Under the pieces are notes generated by a model that was given only the letters and a program-made list of their open reading frames with translations, made no database searches and was not told the origin of the DNA. 61,406 nucleotides of DNA from a bacterium (lineage in GTDB: Bacteria > Patescibacteriota > CPR2 > UBA1875 > CAIMLA01): positions 1-61,406 of the forward strand of contig JBAXEY010000001.1 in the NCBI GenBank assembly GCA_037140175.1, in the 5' to 3' direction. Shown here in pieces: positions 8,923 to 19,493 of this stretch (position 1 is its first letter; every line of letters begins with the position of its first letter). A program made the position numbers and the translations under genes.

Positions 8923-10513
8923 TGTCAATCTTGTCTCCATATTTAGCCAAAATCTTGTTAAGCTTGTTCTTCTTACGAGCATAACGAGTGAATAATCTTG
9001 AGATTACATAGGAGATTACAAGACTGATAAATGCCCCTGCGACGAAAACCCAAACAGTCTCACCACTATCTAGGTAGCCCACAGAATAAAAACTGCTCGA
9101 TGTCGAAACGAATAGACCAAACAGAAGTAGAGACAAGACAAAGACGGCAGGTGCCATCAAGTAGGTTTGTAGTACGGTACGCAAAATATGATGTTTATCC
9201 GGGTTTTTTATCGACCTTACGATGGTTATAATATATAGAATCATATAGATTACTCCGACCAACAAAGCGGCTACTAACCCTTGAGAAAGAAGTAAGGTTA
9301 TTGGGAAGTACAGAAAAACAAAGATTGCCAAAAAGACTAATTGAAATTTTTCATTGATGGTCATCTTACCCGAATTGATATCTTTGTTATCTTCAACTTT
9401 TACGAATAGAAGGTCTTTGTTCATGCTATCCTTCCGTATAGAGGTCAAATCAATTTTCGTCAAAAAAAGGCTTTTTGATTTGTTTATCGTCCCATTAAAA
9501 AATGAGTTTATTTTTTCCGCCGAGAGATTTTCGGCATAGCTTTGGTAACCCTGATAATTTTCGGCGTTGTATTTCCCGTCCCCAAAGACATAGAGGTAAA
9601 TATTTTGATAAGGATCATCATAATACTGATCACAGGTTAATTTGCCGTTAATGTTTTGGACAGTTGATTTACATTGTTTTAAGTTTATCGTAGCCTGTGT
9701 CCACTCTTGGTCTATCTTTTGGCACTCTGCCTGAAGAGTATTGTTTTCGATTTTTTCGTTTCGGCAAGTTACTTTCCAACTACCTTTTGGGACTTCCACC
9801 GAGCCAAAATCTAAAGACGAAATTTTGAGAGGATAAATCATTTTATCTGAATCAAAGCTTAAGATAATCGGCGCAATGGTTCCGGTATTCAAATCTCCAG
9901 AAATCTTCTCGGTTTGATAGTCATTATTAACCTTCATTGCTACAAAATACCATCCATTGTCAATATATTCCTGGATGACCTTACTTGTCGTGATAGTGCC
10001 TGTTTGGAAGTCGTTCTCTTTGAGCCAAGTCTCTAGATCTGCACTATTTTCCGCTTTGAGAGTGACCGTATCAAAAATGCCCACCTGTTTTTCTGCCACT
10101 ACCTCAACCTTTAATTTTTCTGCCACACCCGTCTTGATAGAGTCTGCCTGCATGGGTACTATCCCCTCGTTGTAGCCATAATCCGTGCCTCTATTTGTGA
10201 GCCAGTTGATAAATCTGTTTAGTAAAGTTTCTTTTGGCTGAGTATAAGTCTCTAGATTAAAAAAGGTTTTATCTGAACCTTTCTTTACCTCTGGCTTATT
10301 CGGCGTCGGCACAATCCAACTAAATTTATCAGCCGTTCCCTTAAAACCTACAGATAAAACTAAATCCTCTCTTCCGTTATCATAAAAGATGGCGGCCTTC
10401 TGGCCTGTTTCTGCTATCTCATAGTCATGTGGTGGGATAACCATCCCATCCGCCAAGGCAAAAGCTGGCACCAGCACAAGCCCAAGTAATATCAAAAATA
10501 TTTTGTTTTTCAT
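8915..10513 (-). CDS. secreted/membrane protein, possibly DUF2330-like
   Basis: 532 aa. Signal peptide (LVPAFALADG), a large extracytoplasmic domain with a Cys-containing insert, and 3-4 C-terminal TM helices. The family assignment is tentative. Confidence 0.4.
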   Translation of the reverse strand: MKNKIFLILLGLVLVPAFALADGMVIPPHDYEIAETGQKAAIFYDNGREDLVLSVGFKGTADKFSWIVPTPNKPEVKKGSDKTFFNLETYTQPKETLLNRFINWLTNRGTDYGYNEGIVPMQADSIKTGVAEKLKVEVVAEKQVGIFDTVTLKAENSADLETWLKENDFQTGTITTSKVIQEYIDNGWYFVAMKVNNDYQTEKISGDLNTGTIAPIILSFDSDKMIYPLKISSLDFGSVEVPKGSWKVTCRNEKIENNTLQAECQKIDQEWTQATINLKQCKSTVQNINGKLTCDQYYDDPYQNIYLYVFGDGKYNAENYQGYQSYAENLSAEKINSFFNGTINKSKSLFLTKIDLTSIRKDSMNKDLLFVKVEDNKDINSGKMTINEKFQLVFLAIFVFLYFPITLLLSQGLVAALLVGVIYMILYIITIVRSIKNPDKHHILRTVLQTYLMAPAVFVLSLLLFGLFVSTSSSFYSVGYLDSGETVWVFVAGAFISLVISYVISRLFTRYARKKNKLNKILAKYGDKIDNE

Positions 10514-10564
10514 TCCTCCCCCTTTTAATATATTCTACTCGCTTATTAATAGATAAAAAAGATT

Positions 10565-11344
10565 TTATATTTTAAATAGCCCTTCTGCATTTTTTGTAGT
10601 TTCAGCTGCAACCGATGAGTACGTAATTTCTTTAATATCCGCTATTTTTTGAGCGACCTCTGTCTCATAGCTCGGCTCGTTTCTTTGGCCACGATATTTT
10701 TGGGGTGCTAGATAGGGACTATCAGTCTCAACTAAAATTCTATTTAGAGGAGTAACATGAGCAGATTCAGAGACCAATGTTGCATTTTTATAGGTTACAA
10801 TCCCGGTAAAGCCCAGGTGGAAGCCCAAATCTAAATACTTTTTGGCCCATTCTTTACCCAAGGTAAAGCAATGAATAACCCCGCGTTCCACCATGTTTTC
10901 TTTCAAAATTTTGTAACCATCCTCTGCGGCAGAATTGTCGTGACTGTTCCGAATATGTATTACCAGTGGCAAATCAAACTCACGAGAAATATCAATCTGA
11001 AGTTGGAAAAGAGTTTTTTGTTCTTCTGTCTTGGAGCCACTATGAAAATAATCAAATCCACATTCACCGATTGCGACAACCTTTTTAGATGAATTTACTA
11101 GCTTTATAATCTTTTTCTTAGCTTTGTGTAAATCTACATCAACGTCTTCTGGGTGGATTCCAACTGTTGCCCAAACATTATCAAATTTCTCAGCAATTTC
11201 GATTGCTTTTTGGCTTCTAGCCAAATCAGCACCCACATTGATAATTTTAGCAACATCGGCTAGCTTTGCTCGCTCAATCACATTTTGAAGATCATCATCA
11301 AAATCATTAAAATCTAAGTGAGCGTGTGAATCAATTAATGGCAT
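10565..11344 (-). CDS. tatD: TatD-family metal-dependent hydrolase/DNase
   Basis: 259 aa. IDSHAHLDF start motif, plus GECGFDY and VETDSPYL. Confidence 0.85.
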   Translation of the reverse strand: MPLIDSHAHLDFNDFDDDLQNVIERAKLADVAKIINVGADLARSQKAIEIAEKFDNVWATVGIHPEDVDVDLHKAKKKIIKLVNSSKKVVAIGECGFDYFHSGSKTEEQKTLFQLQIDISREFDLPLVIHIRNSHDNSAAEDGYKILKENMVERGVIHCFTLGKEWAKKYLDLGFHLGFTGIVTYKNATLVSESAHVTPLNRILVETDSPYLAPQKYRGQRNEPSYETEVAQKIADIKEITYSSVAAETTKNAEGLFKI

Positions 11345-12521
11345 TTTTTTCGTTTTTGGCCGCTGGCATGAGAGTCAGAAGGAAGGTAAAGACAGCTCCA
11401 ATTAGGAGCGCCCAAACCAGTAGCTGTGGACCAGTAAGATAAAAACTTATTGCAAATAAAATAGCAAAGAATAAGACTCTCATCAAATCGATCCCAAACT
11501 CCATCAGGAAAATATATTCGGTTCGACTCTGTTCATCAGCATGTAGATAATATTCTGCGACAAACGGTGATTCATACATAGAATGAGTCACACCTCTTAG
11601 TAGATTTACAATTATCGCCGTGGTCAGTGAATAAACAAAGATTCTAAGCGCGCCAAGAGCGGCAGTCAAGAGCCCGCCAACATTAATAAAGTACTTTTTA
11701 CTTTTCCTGTCCGCAACATGACCGATTAAGTAAGTCACTATAACTGTCACTGCTAAGGATGCGGCAACAACAAAACCAACCTGCTGATATGTGCCAAGCA
11801 CAAAAAAGAGAAACAAAGGCCAAAAAATCATGGTTGTGCTAGCCTCTACCCCACTACCACCATATGCTACGATTTGTCTCAAAATATTTTTATTAAAGAT
11901 TTTTCTGATCTGAGGTTTGTGTTTGATGTGGGGTTCTCGTTGAACAAAAAGCGGAAATATTGTGAGCAAAACTAGCCCAGTCACAATACCAAATAGCATA
12001 TTTAAACCAAACTTTTGAGCAATTATTCCACCAACCAAGGGCCCAAGCGCACTCAAAAAAGCAATAATTATATATAGAGTACTAATTTGTTTCGTGGTTC
12101 GTTTTTTTTCTTTGCTTTTAGAAAAGTCGTAATGATAAGCTTGCCAGAAAAAAGCCATTGTCACAGAACCCAATATAGCTATCAACCAGATCGGCCAATG
12201 ATATTGTGGATATGTCCACAAAGTCCAAAAGTTCAGAACTAGAAAGGGCAAGCTAAAGGCAATCGAATGTTTGGGCCCAAAATGAGCGATTAGTCGCATC
12301 GCTGGATATTCTAGGATGGCCTCCACGACAAACATAATTAAATAATAAAGAATTATGGCTTGGATCGAATATGTGATTGTGTAGAGATATATCGGAATGA
12401 AGATATTAATCAGTGAGACGATTGTAGATCGAACGCTCATAACAGCATATATTTCATTGATTTCAGTGTTTTTTATCCTGAATAAATGATGTTGACTCAA
12501 ATGAGATTCTGATACTAGCAT
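11331..12521 (-). CDS. MFS-type transporter
   Basis: 396 aa with about 12 hydrophobic helices in a 6+6 arrangement. Substrate unknown. Confidence 0.55.
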   Translation of the reverse strand: MLVSESHLSQHHLFRIKNTEINEIYAVMSVRSTIVSLINIFIPIYLYTITYSIQAIILYYLIMFVVEAILEYPAMRLIAHFGPKHSIAFSLPFLVLNFWTLWTYPQYHWPIWLIAILGSVTMAFFWQAYHYDFSKSKEKKRTTKQISTLYIIIAFLSALGPLVGGIIAQKFGLNMLFGIVTGLVLLTIFPLFVQREPHIKHKPQIRKIFNKNILRQIVAYGGSGVEASTTMIFWPLFLFFVLGTYQQVGFVVAASLAVTVIVTYLIGHVADRKSKKYFINVGGLLTAALGALRIFVYSLTTAIIVNLLRGVTHSMYESPFVAEYYLHADEQSRTEYIFLMEFGIDLMRVLFFAILFAISFYLTGPQLLVWALLIGAVFTFLLTLMPAAKNEKNAIN

Positions 12522-13952
12522 CTATTTCTCCATCCTTGGAAAGAGTGGCTCTGGTTTCTTGCACTCCAGCTGGTTATTTATTTTTGCGACAGTCTCTGGC
12601 ATAAAACAATCTAGTGAGTCTGCTATTCTATATAAATCATTATAAACTTTTTCCAGAACTTCTGTTAACTGTTTTTTGTCGGTTTTTGCCAAAACCCACG
12701 GCGCTTTAGCTTCAATATGTTGATTGGCATTTTTTATTTCTTTCCAAATTTTGATCAAAGCACCATCAAAGCTAAGTTTTTTTATCTCTGGCTCGATATC
12801 AATCGAGTTGCCCTTAACTTTTTTAACCTTCACTTCATATTTATTTATCATGATCAATGTTCTTTGTAGCAAATTGCCTAGCTCGTTGCCCAGATCAGAT
12901 ATATATCGCTGAGTAATCTTTTCCTCTGAAATATCCCCGTCCTGACCAAAAGGAAACTCTCTCAAGACTGAATAGCGGACTGTATCCGCTCCAAATTTTT
13001 CAATCAATGTATTCGGCTCCAATACGTTTCCTAAAGACTTGCTCATCTTTTTCCCATTTAAAGTAAAATAGCCGTGGATAAAAAGCTCTTTTGAGGTTGG
13101 TAAATTTAGAGCTATCAGCATCGCTTGCCAAATGGTGGAATGGACACGCATGATATCTTTGGCCATAAGCTGAATGTCTGCCGGCCAGAACAAATCAGCT
13201 TTTGTGGTCTCTGTTGGCCAGCCCAGCCCCGTTAAATAATTTAAAAAAGCATCTACCCAGACATAGATTGTATGATTGTTATCAAAGGGCAGATCGACAC
13301 CCCAAGATACGTTTTCTTTTTTTCTCGAGACTGCAATATCTTCCAATCCTTCGGTGTTAATAAATGAGAGTACTTCGTTTTTACGTGTTTCGGGTCTTAT
13401 CTTTAGAGAATCACTTACGATTCTATTTTTGATTTCCTCCTCATATTTTGAAAGTCGGAACAGATAGGCTTCTTCTTCGTGAATCTCGCAAGGTCGATTG
13501 TGGTCAGGACAAATATTATTATCAATTAATTCTGACTTTGTTTTATATTGTTCGCAACCGACACAATAGAGGGCTTGGTAGACTCCTTTATAGATATCTC
13601 CTTGATCAAATAATTTCTGGACAACCCACTGGACCGCCGCTTCGTGATCTTTATCAGTCGTTCTCAAAAAATTGTCATAAGAAATATTTAAGTTTTTCCA
13701 CGTTTTTTTATAACCGGCAACAATCTCGTCTGTAAATTGCTTTGGGCTTTTGCCTTGTGCTTCTGCGCTCTCTTGAATTTTGGCACCGTGTTCATCCGTT
13801 CCAGTCATAAAAAAAACATTTTCCTGTCCGTACTTATTACGATAGTACCGAGCCAAAACGTCGGCCGCAATTGTGGTGTAAGCGCCACCTAAATGAGCTG
13901 GAGCATTTACATAATATATCGGCGTTGTAACATAAAACTTATTTTTATTCAT
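12522..13952 (-). CDS. metG: methionine--tRNA ligase (short form)
   Basis: 476 aa. PIYYVNAPAHLGG (HIGH region), zinc knuckle CVGCEQY...CPDH and KMSKSLGN. Confidence 0.9.
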   Translation of the reverse strand: MNKNKFYVTTPIYYVNAPAHLGGAYTTIAADVLARYYRNKYGQENVFFMTGTDEHGAKIQESAEAQGKSPKQFTDEIVAGYKKTWKNLNISYDNFLRTTDKDHEAAVQWVVQKLFDQGDIYKGVYQALYCVGCEQYKTKSELIDNNICPDHNRPCEIHEEEAYLFRLSKYEEEIKNRIVSDSLKIRPETRKNEVLSFINTEGLEDIAVSRKKENVSWGVDLPFDNNHTIYVWVDAFLNYLTGLGWPTETTKADLFWPADIQLMAKDIMRVHSTIWQAMLIALNLPTSKELFIHGYFTLNGKKMSKSLGNVLEPNTLIEKFGADTVRYSVLREFPFGQDGDISEEKITQRYISDLGNELGNLLQRTLIMINKYEVKVKKVKGNSIDIEPEIKKLSFDGALIKIWKEIKNANQHIEAKAPWVLAKTDKKQLTEVLEKVYNDLYRIADSLDCFMPETVAKINNQLECKKPEPLFPRMEK

Positions 13953-14610
13953 CTAAATTTCTTTCTATGATCAAGACAAACTCCCCTTTTTCTTTTATGG
14001 TTGGCAGTACTGATGATATTTTGCCGCGATATATTTCCTCAAATTTTTTTGTTATTTCCCTACCAACAACAATCTTCTGATCCCCAACAGCCACGAGCAA
14101 CTCATTGAGCAATTTTTTTATGCGATATGGCGATTCGTAGATTATGACTGGCATCTGACTTTGAGCGATTTCTTTTAATTTTGTTTGGCGACCTTTCTTA
14201 TGAGGAAGAAAGCCAATAAATTCAAACTCGCTATTTTTTAAGCCAGAAACAGAGACAAGAGCCGTCAATGCAGATACGCCCGGAATCGGTATAACTCTAA
14301 TATTATCTTCATGAGCCGCACTTATCAAGACTTGGCCGGGATCGCTAATCCCTGGCGTCCCCGCATCGGTCACGAGAGCAACCTTCTGGCCACTATTTAT
14401 TGAACTAATTATTTGTTCAACTTTTTGGATCTTCGAGTGTTGATGAAAACTGATAAGTGGCTTTTTTATTTCAAAATGATTCAACAATTTCAAGGTATGC
14501 CTCGTGTCTTCACAGGCTATCAAGTCAACTTCCTTTAAGGTTTCTATTGCCCGCAGGGTAATATCCCCCAAGTTTCCAATCGGTGTGGCGACAACATACA
14601 AAACGCTCAT
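13945..14610 (-). CDS. rsmI: 16S rRNA (cytidine1402-2'-O)-methyltransferase RsmI
   Basis: 221 aa. LYVVATPIGNLGDITLRA...ACEDTRHT, tetrapyrrole-methylase fold. Confidence 0.85.
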   Translation of the reverse strand: MSVLYVVATPIGNLGDITLRAIETLKEVDLIACEDTRHTLKLLNHFEIKKPLISFHQHSKIQKVEQIISSINSGQKVALVTDAGTPGISDPGQVLISAAHEDNIRVIPIPGVSALTALVSVSGLKNSEFEFIGFLPHKKGRQTKLKEIAQSQMPVIIYESPYRIKKLLNELLVAVGDQKIVVGREITKKFEEIYRGKISSVLPTIKEKGEFVLIIERNLDE

Positions 14611-14879
14611 CTGACCTCAAACTTTTTATTCAGACTTTCTTCTTCTTTCTCGTCATTCACTTCAATTTTTTCCACTCTGGCCATCGGCGGACCTTCTTTG
14701 GCCCATTCTACAAATTTGTCTACATTTTTGTCTTCGCCTTCGACTACTATGTGTACAGAACCATCACCTTCATTTTGACACCAGCCACATAGACCAAGCT
14801 TCTTGGCCGTTTTTTTTGTGGTGTAGCGAAAAAAAACACCTTGGACATCACCATAGACCCGAACTCTAACTCTCTTCAT
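14607..14879 (-). CDS. acyP: acylphosphatase
   Basis: 90 aa. V.GDVQGVFFR...GWCQNEGDGSV signature. Confidence 0.8.
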   Translation of the reverse strand: MKRVRVRVYGDVQGVFFRYTTKKTAKKLGLCGWCQNEGDGSVHIVVEGEDKNVDKFVEWAKEGPPMARVEKIEVNDEKEEESLNKKFEVR

Positions 14880-15705
14880 TAAATAGCTCCTGATAACCTT
14901 GATATAAACGATGCCAGTCCGTCATAGATAGAGCTTCTGCTCTCATCTGTGAATCAATTCCAGATTTCTCTAGCCAACGCTCGACGTCAGTACGACTCAT
15001 CTGCATTCCTCCTGCAAGTGAGTTTATAAGTTGTTTTCTTTTTTCGCCGAAGCCTGATTTTACTATTCTGAAAAAAAGTTTTGTCTCTGCTTCAAAGAGA
15101 GGTTCTTTATAGACTTTTATTTTAATAATGGCCGAGTCTACCCTTGGTGCCGGGAAAAAAGAAGTTCTCGGGACCACATCGACGACAGTCGGTGCACCAT
15201 AATATTGGACCGAGACAGCCAGGATACTCATTCTCGATGGTTTGGCGGCAATCCGTTCGGCCACCTCTCTCTGAACTAACAAAATCATTTCCTCTGGTTT
15301 GTTTTCTGCCTCCAAAAATTTACGAATAACAGGTGAGGTTATGTAATACGGCAGATTTGAAACAATTTTATATTTGCCAAGCTTTGAGGTATCAAATTTT
15401 AAGATATCGTGGTTTTCAACTATTAAATTGTTATATTTAATGCAAGCCGTTTTGACAACAGTTAGCATCGCGGTATCGAGCTCGACGGCAATCACGGTCC
15501 CCGCCTTTTTGCAAAGTTCGCGTGTTAATATTCCCATCCCCGGTCCAACTTCAACAATCTGATCAACTTTAGTCAGATTGGCTGTCTCAACAATTGTATC
15601 CAGGGCTTTCTCGTCTATTAAAAAATGTTGCCCAAGGTCTTTTTTGGTATGGGCGCCAAAAGCTTTGAGCGTTTTTTTGATATTTGTTATATCGGTTAAA
15701 TCCAT
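14866..15705 (-). CDS. rsmA: 16S rRNA dimethyladenosine transferase RsmA/KsgA
   Basis: Start refined to MDLTDI (15705), because the long ORF would overlap the upstream gene. LGQHFL and VEVGPGMGILT SAM motifs. Confidence 0.85.
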   Translation of the reverse strand: MDLTDITNIKKTLKAFGAHTKKDLGQHFLIDEKALDTIVETANLTKVDQIVEVGPGMGILTRELCKKAGTVIAVELDTAMLTVVKTACIKYNNLIVENHDILKFDTSKLGKYKIVSNLPYYITSPVIRKFLEAENKPEEMILLVQREVAERIAAKPSRMSILAVSVQYYGAPTVVDVVPRTSFFPAPRVDSAIIKIKVYKEPLFEAETKLFFRIVKSGFGEKRKQLINSLAGGMQMSRTDVERWLEKSGIDSQMRAEALSMTDWHRLYQGYQELFNEES

Positions 15706-15763
15706 AAATGAAGCCCCTCTTTTGGCTTCATTATAAAGGAATGTGCTCAATATATGAATAAGT

Positions 15764-16969
15764 TTATGGTTTACAACCCCAGGCTGACCAGCCACCTCGT
15801 GAAACTTTCCAAGCTGTGACATTAATCTGAGCATTGCCATCAGTAATAGCTACCCCTCGATACGCTCCTCCTGGATAGCTAGCACTTGCGCCAGACCAAG
15901 TGTCGGGACTGTATTGAAACAAGCCTTTATAATACGAGCCAGAAAACGGATTACCACCCGACTCACAGATCATGACATTGTAAAGTCCCAATGGATCAAC
16001 GCCCCAAGTACCACCCGCCGTAACTATAGTATTCCACCACATTCCAGCATTATAAGGTTTGACACCTTCACCAACTATCTTAGTTTTAGTATTTTTTATA
16101 ACCTCTATACTTAGGATAATTCGATCAACGATTTGTCCGTTGTGATAAACAATCCGTATCTTTTGGTTTTTTTGACCATTTTCTCCTTCTTGTAAAACTT
16201 TCGTCTGACCTTTATATGTTGTGTAATCTTTTTGAGTGACGGTGTCAAAAGGTATAGTCACCCCCTCTTCGGTTTCAACAAAATTAATACGTGTCACTGT
16301 AATTTCTCGTGCACCCTCAGAGCTCGTGCCAACTGACGGTTCAATAATATCTCTTTGCCCCAAGGTAACTTTATCCTTTATAACTTCTCCGACTGTGGTG
16401 CCCCAACTATGAATAATTTGATCGTTGCCGTCAACATGTACTGTGTAGACTGGAGCTCTCTCAATTGTAACCTTCTGCCCAACGGCATTCTCGTCAGCTG
16501 GGTCCATAATCAAGCTAGAGCTCACTCTATCTTCGGGGGAGATCTCAATGTTTAGCTGTTTGAGAATATCCGATTCATTTTCATAGGCAGAATAAGCTAA
16601 ATGTTCTTGGTTATTATCAGAGATAAGAACAGGCAAAGCTCGTATTATCGAAATGTTTTGGTTTTGGCCATTTAACAAAGTATTCAAGGGTGGCTTGGTA
16701 ATATCATTTTTCTGTAAAGAAATTCCTGCTTGAGAAAGGGCCCCTTCGATTGTGTTTTGGTTGGTTGTGAGTGTCTTTTCTTGGTTATCAAAAGATATTT
16801 TAACTTGAGTATTGACCTCCGCGATGATACTACTCCCCAAGACTTGTGGGGATTGGCTCATGGCTAAAAAGATAATCGCACAAAAGATTGCCAAGGCCGC
16901 ATAGCGTTGCTTTAAAAATAATGAATGTATTGAGTGAAAAAATGTATGAATCTTATAGTTTATTTCCAT
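15764..16969 (-). CDS. DUF348/G5-domain protein with C-terminal Rpf-like transglycosylase domain
   Basis: 401 aa. N-terminal TM helix, G5-like region (YKGQTKVLQEGENG) and C-terminal CESGGN...GLFQYSPDTW...GGWSAWGC. Confidence 0.65.
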   Translation of the reverse strand: MEINYKIHTFFHSIHSLFLKQRYAALAIFCAIIFLAMSQSPQVLGSSIIAEVNTQVKISFDNQEKTLTTNQNTIEGALSQAGISLQKNDITKPPLNTLLNGQNQNISIIRALPVLISDNNQEHLAYSAYENESDILKQLNIEISPEDRVSSSLIMDPADENAVGQKVTIERAPVYTVHVDGNDQIIHSWGTTVGEVIKDKVTLGQRDIIEPSVGTSSEGAREITVTRINFVETEEGVTIPFDTVTQKDYTTYKGQTKVLQEGENGQKNQKIRIVYHNGQIVDRIILSIEVIKNTKTKIVGEGVKPYNAGMWWNTIVTAGGTWGVDPLGLYNVMICESGGNPFSGSYYKGLFQYSPDTWSGASASYPGGAYRGVAITDGNAQINVTAWKVSRGGWSAWGCKP

Positions 16970-16996
16970 CTAGCCCAATTAATAGATGCAAAAAGT

Positions 16997-17026
16997 ATTG
17001 TAGGCTTTTTTTAGACCCATTGTCAA
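16997..17026 (-). promoter_or_regulatory. sigma70-like promoter for the Rpf-like gene
   Basis: Minus strand TTGACA (17026-17021), 18-nt spacer, TACAAT (17002-16997). Lies about 30 nt upstream of the ATG at 16969. Confidence 0.45.
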
Positions 17027-17033
17027 ACGGGTT

Positions 17034-19196
17034 TTACTTCTTTCTCAATCGAGCATAAGTTAACGAAAGCCACTTCCGTCCAGCCGTATCGCCAAAGTCA
17101 ACTTTGACGTCATCATCATCAATGTCTATCACTTTGCCTTCGCCGAATTCCTCATGGACAACCTTGTCACCGATTCGATAAAAACCAACCATTTTATCTT
17201 CGGCGATTGGTTTAATAATATTTTCGCTAGTGTTGATACTTTTATGACTCGTGATTAAATGCTCTGGAATGTCGGCCAAGAATCGACTGGGAGAATTATT
17301 ATGAATCCCACCATAAAGCATCCTTCTTTCTGCTAGAGTCAGGTAGACTCTCTCTTTGGCTCTTGTCAGGCCGACATAGCAGAGACGTCTCTCTTCCTCT
17401 AATTGCTCAGGGGAAAAAGAGCTATTCGAGTGTGGAAAAAGATTTTCCTCCATCCCAATCATAAAAACAGCCCTAAACTCTAGACCCTTAGCAGCATGGA
17501 GTGTCATAAGCGTCAGAGCCTCCTCGCTTGGGTTCCAATTATCGATATCGGCCACTAATGCAATTTCCTCCAAAAACCCCTCCAGATCGGCTGTACCGTG
17601 GATCCCAGTGTAATCAGCGGCTACAGATAGAAGTTCTTTGACGTTCTCAAGTCGTTCCTCCCCTGTCAGGGTTCCATCACCAAGATATTCTGCATAATGG
17701 CACTTCTCTAGTATTAGCTCGATTAGTTCTTTTAGCGTGACCCCGTCTTTGGCCCGACGGATTGTCTCTAGGGCATAGCCAAATTGTTTTAAACCTTGGC
17801 TTACTTTTGGTGATAGGCCCATCTCGTCAACTAGCTCCAAAGTTCGAGAGATAGAAAGTCTATTTTTGTGAGCAAAATCAGTAACTTTTTTCAGGGAGAT
17901 ATCTCCGACTCCTCTAGGTGGAACGTTGACGACTCGATCAAAAGCAACCCAATCATCGTTAGAATTTATTATTCTCAAATAAGCTAAGACGTCTTTTATC
18001 TCCTTGCGCTCGTAAAATCGTACGCCGCCGACAATTCGATAAGGTAGATTGAGACGAATTAACTCGGTCTCAACCGCCCTTGATTGAGCATTTGTTCGAT
18101 ATAAAACAACCATATCATTCAGCTTGTAACCATCTTCACGAACCAGGCGACCAGATTCCTGGATCAAAAACCGAGCCTCTTCCTGCTCATTGTACGTTTC
18201 TGCGACAACAATCGGCAATCCCGCATCGTTTTCAGTCCAAAGCTCTTTGTCGCTTCGATTCTCGTTTTTGGCAATTACCCGATGAGCTGCGTCTATGATA
18301 GATTTGGTATTACGATAGTTTTGCTCAAGTTTAATTACTTTTGCTTCCGGATAATCTCTCTCAAAGTCTAAAATATTTTGGAAGTTCGCGCCTCGCCATG
18401 AATAAATCGATTGCCAATCATCCCCAACAACGCAAAGGTTATGGTTCTTGGCCGAAAGTAGCTTTATGAACATATACTGGGCGTGATTGGTATCCTGATA
18501 TTCATCGACATGAACATAGGGCCAAAGCTTCTGATAGCGATCCAAAACCTCTGGAAACTTTTGGAATAATTTGACTGTCTCAGAGAGTAAATCGTCAAAA
18601 TCCAGGGCATTGTTACGAAGTAAGTCTTCTTGATAGATTGGATAAACTTTGGCTGACAACTCCTCAAAATAGCCACTCGCTAGCTTTGCATATTTGGTTG
18701 GAGATAAAAGCTCGTTTTTGGCATTAGAGATATTGGACTTGATTCCTTGTGGTGAAGTTTTCTTATCAAAAAGCTCGAGTTTTTGTAGAGCCTTTTTGAT
18801 CGTCGATAGACTGTCAGACTCATCATAGATAGTAAAGCTCCGCTTATAGCCCAAATAGTGACCATCTTCACGCAAGATACGAGCACAGATAGAGTGAAAA
18901 GTACCCATCATCGGGAAATGGTTTGAAAAAGTTCCACCATAGTTAATTTTTTCTAGTGGATTGCCACCCAATAGTGCAACAACTCGCTCAGTCATGGATT
19001 TGCTGGCCTTGTTGGTAAAAGTCACTGCCAAGATATTTTCAGGCTGGACTTTTTTCTCTCTAATCAGATACGCGACGCGGTGGGTTAGAACTTTGGTTTT
19101 GCCACTCCCTGCACCTGCCAAAATTAAAACAGGTCCTTCTGTTGTCAGGACCGCTTCTTTTTGTTTTTCATTTAAGCCGCGTAAAATTTCACTCAT
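17034..19196 (-). CDS. pcrA: ATP-dependent DNA helicase PcrA/UvrD family
   Basis: 720 aa. Walker A AGAGSGKT, DEYQDT, and the remaining SF1 helicase motifs through the C-terminal region. Confidence 0.9.
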   Translation of the reverse strand: MSEILRGLNEKQKEAVLTTEGPVLILAGAGSGKTKVLTHRVAYLIREKKVQPENILAVTFTNKASKSMTERVVALLGGNPLEKINYGGTFSNHFPMMGTFHSICARILREDGHYLGYKRSFTIYDESDSLSTIKKALQKLELFDKKTSPQGIKSNISNAKNELLSPTKYAKLASGYFEELSAKVYPIYQEDLLRNNALDFDDLLSETVKLFQKFPEVLDRYQKLWPYVHVDEYQDTNHAQYMFIKLLSAKNHNLCVVGDDWQSIYSWRGANFQNILDFERDYPEAKVIKLEQNYRNTKSIIDAAHRVIAKNENRSDKELWTENDAGLPIVVAETYNEQEEARFLIQESGRLVREDGYKLNDMVVLYRTNAQSRAVETELIRLNLPYRIVGGVRFYERKEIKDVLAYLRIINSNDDWVAFDRVVNVPPRGVGDISLKKVTDFAHKNRLSISRTLELVDEMGLSPKVSQGLKQFGYALETIRRAKDGVTLKELIELILEKCHYAEYLGDGTLTGEERLENVKELLSVAADYTGIHGTADLEGFLEEIALVADIDNWNPSEEALTLMTLHAAKGLEFRAVFMIGMEENLFPHSNSSFSPEQLEEERRLCYVGLTRAKERVYLTLAERRMLYGGIHNNSPSRFLADIPEHLITSHKSINTSENIIKPIAEDKMVGFYRIGDKVVHEEFGEGKVIDIDDDDVKVDFGDTAGRKWLSLTYARLRKK

Positions 19197-19256
19197 AACA
19201 GATGGTATTATAGCTGGTTTTTTAAGATTATTTTAGTGTACAAATCGATAATAGTG

Positions 19257-19493
19257 CTAGTCTTTGACCCTTATCGCTATATCTGGACAGGTCTTTTCAC
19301 ATTTTTTGCATTGGATACATTTTGTTATGTCGCATTTAACGCTCGGCTGGCCATAGTAGCCAAGGATTTTCTCATCTTGCGATAAACATTTTTGCGGACA
19401 AACGGCGATACAGAGATAGCAGCTTTTGCATTGTTCCGGAAATTGAGTCCATACTTTTCCCTTATCTTCAAATGTCTTTGGATTATTTGCCAT
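19257..19493 (-). CDS. 2-oxoacid:ferredoxin oxidoreductase delta subunit (2x[4Fe-4S] ferredoxin)
   Basis: 78 aa. CKSCYLCIAVCP and CIQCKKCEKTCP motifs. Overlaps the gamma subunit gene. Confidence 0.75.
   Translation of the reverse strand: MANNPKTFEDKGKVWTQFPEQCKSCYLCIAVCPQKCLSQDEKILGYYGQPSVKCDITKCIQCKKCEKTCPDIAIRVKD

Noticed and set aside
14866-15840. Long N-terminal extensions of several track ORFs. The extended starts are rsmA at 15840, eno at 31265, the OFOR gamma subunit at 20112, pgk at 41321, the SH3b gene at 8982 and the 48333 ORF.
   Set aside because: The extensions overlap the upstream gene or lie upstream of the predicted promoter. Internal ATGs coincide with conserved protein N-termini (for example MKITDITAIQILDSRGNPT), so shorter coordinates were used.
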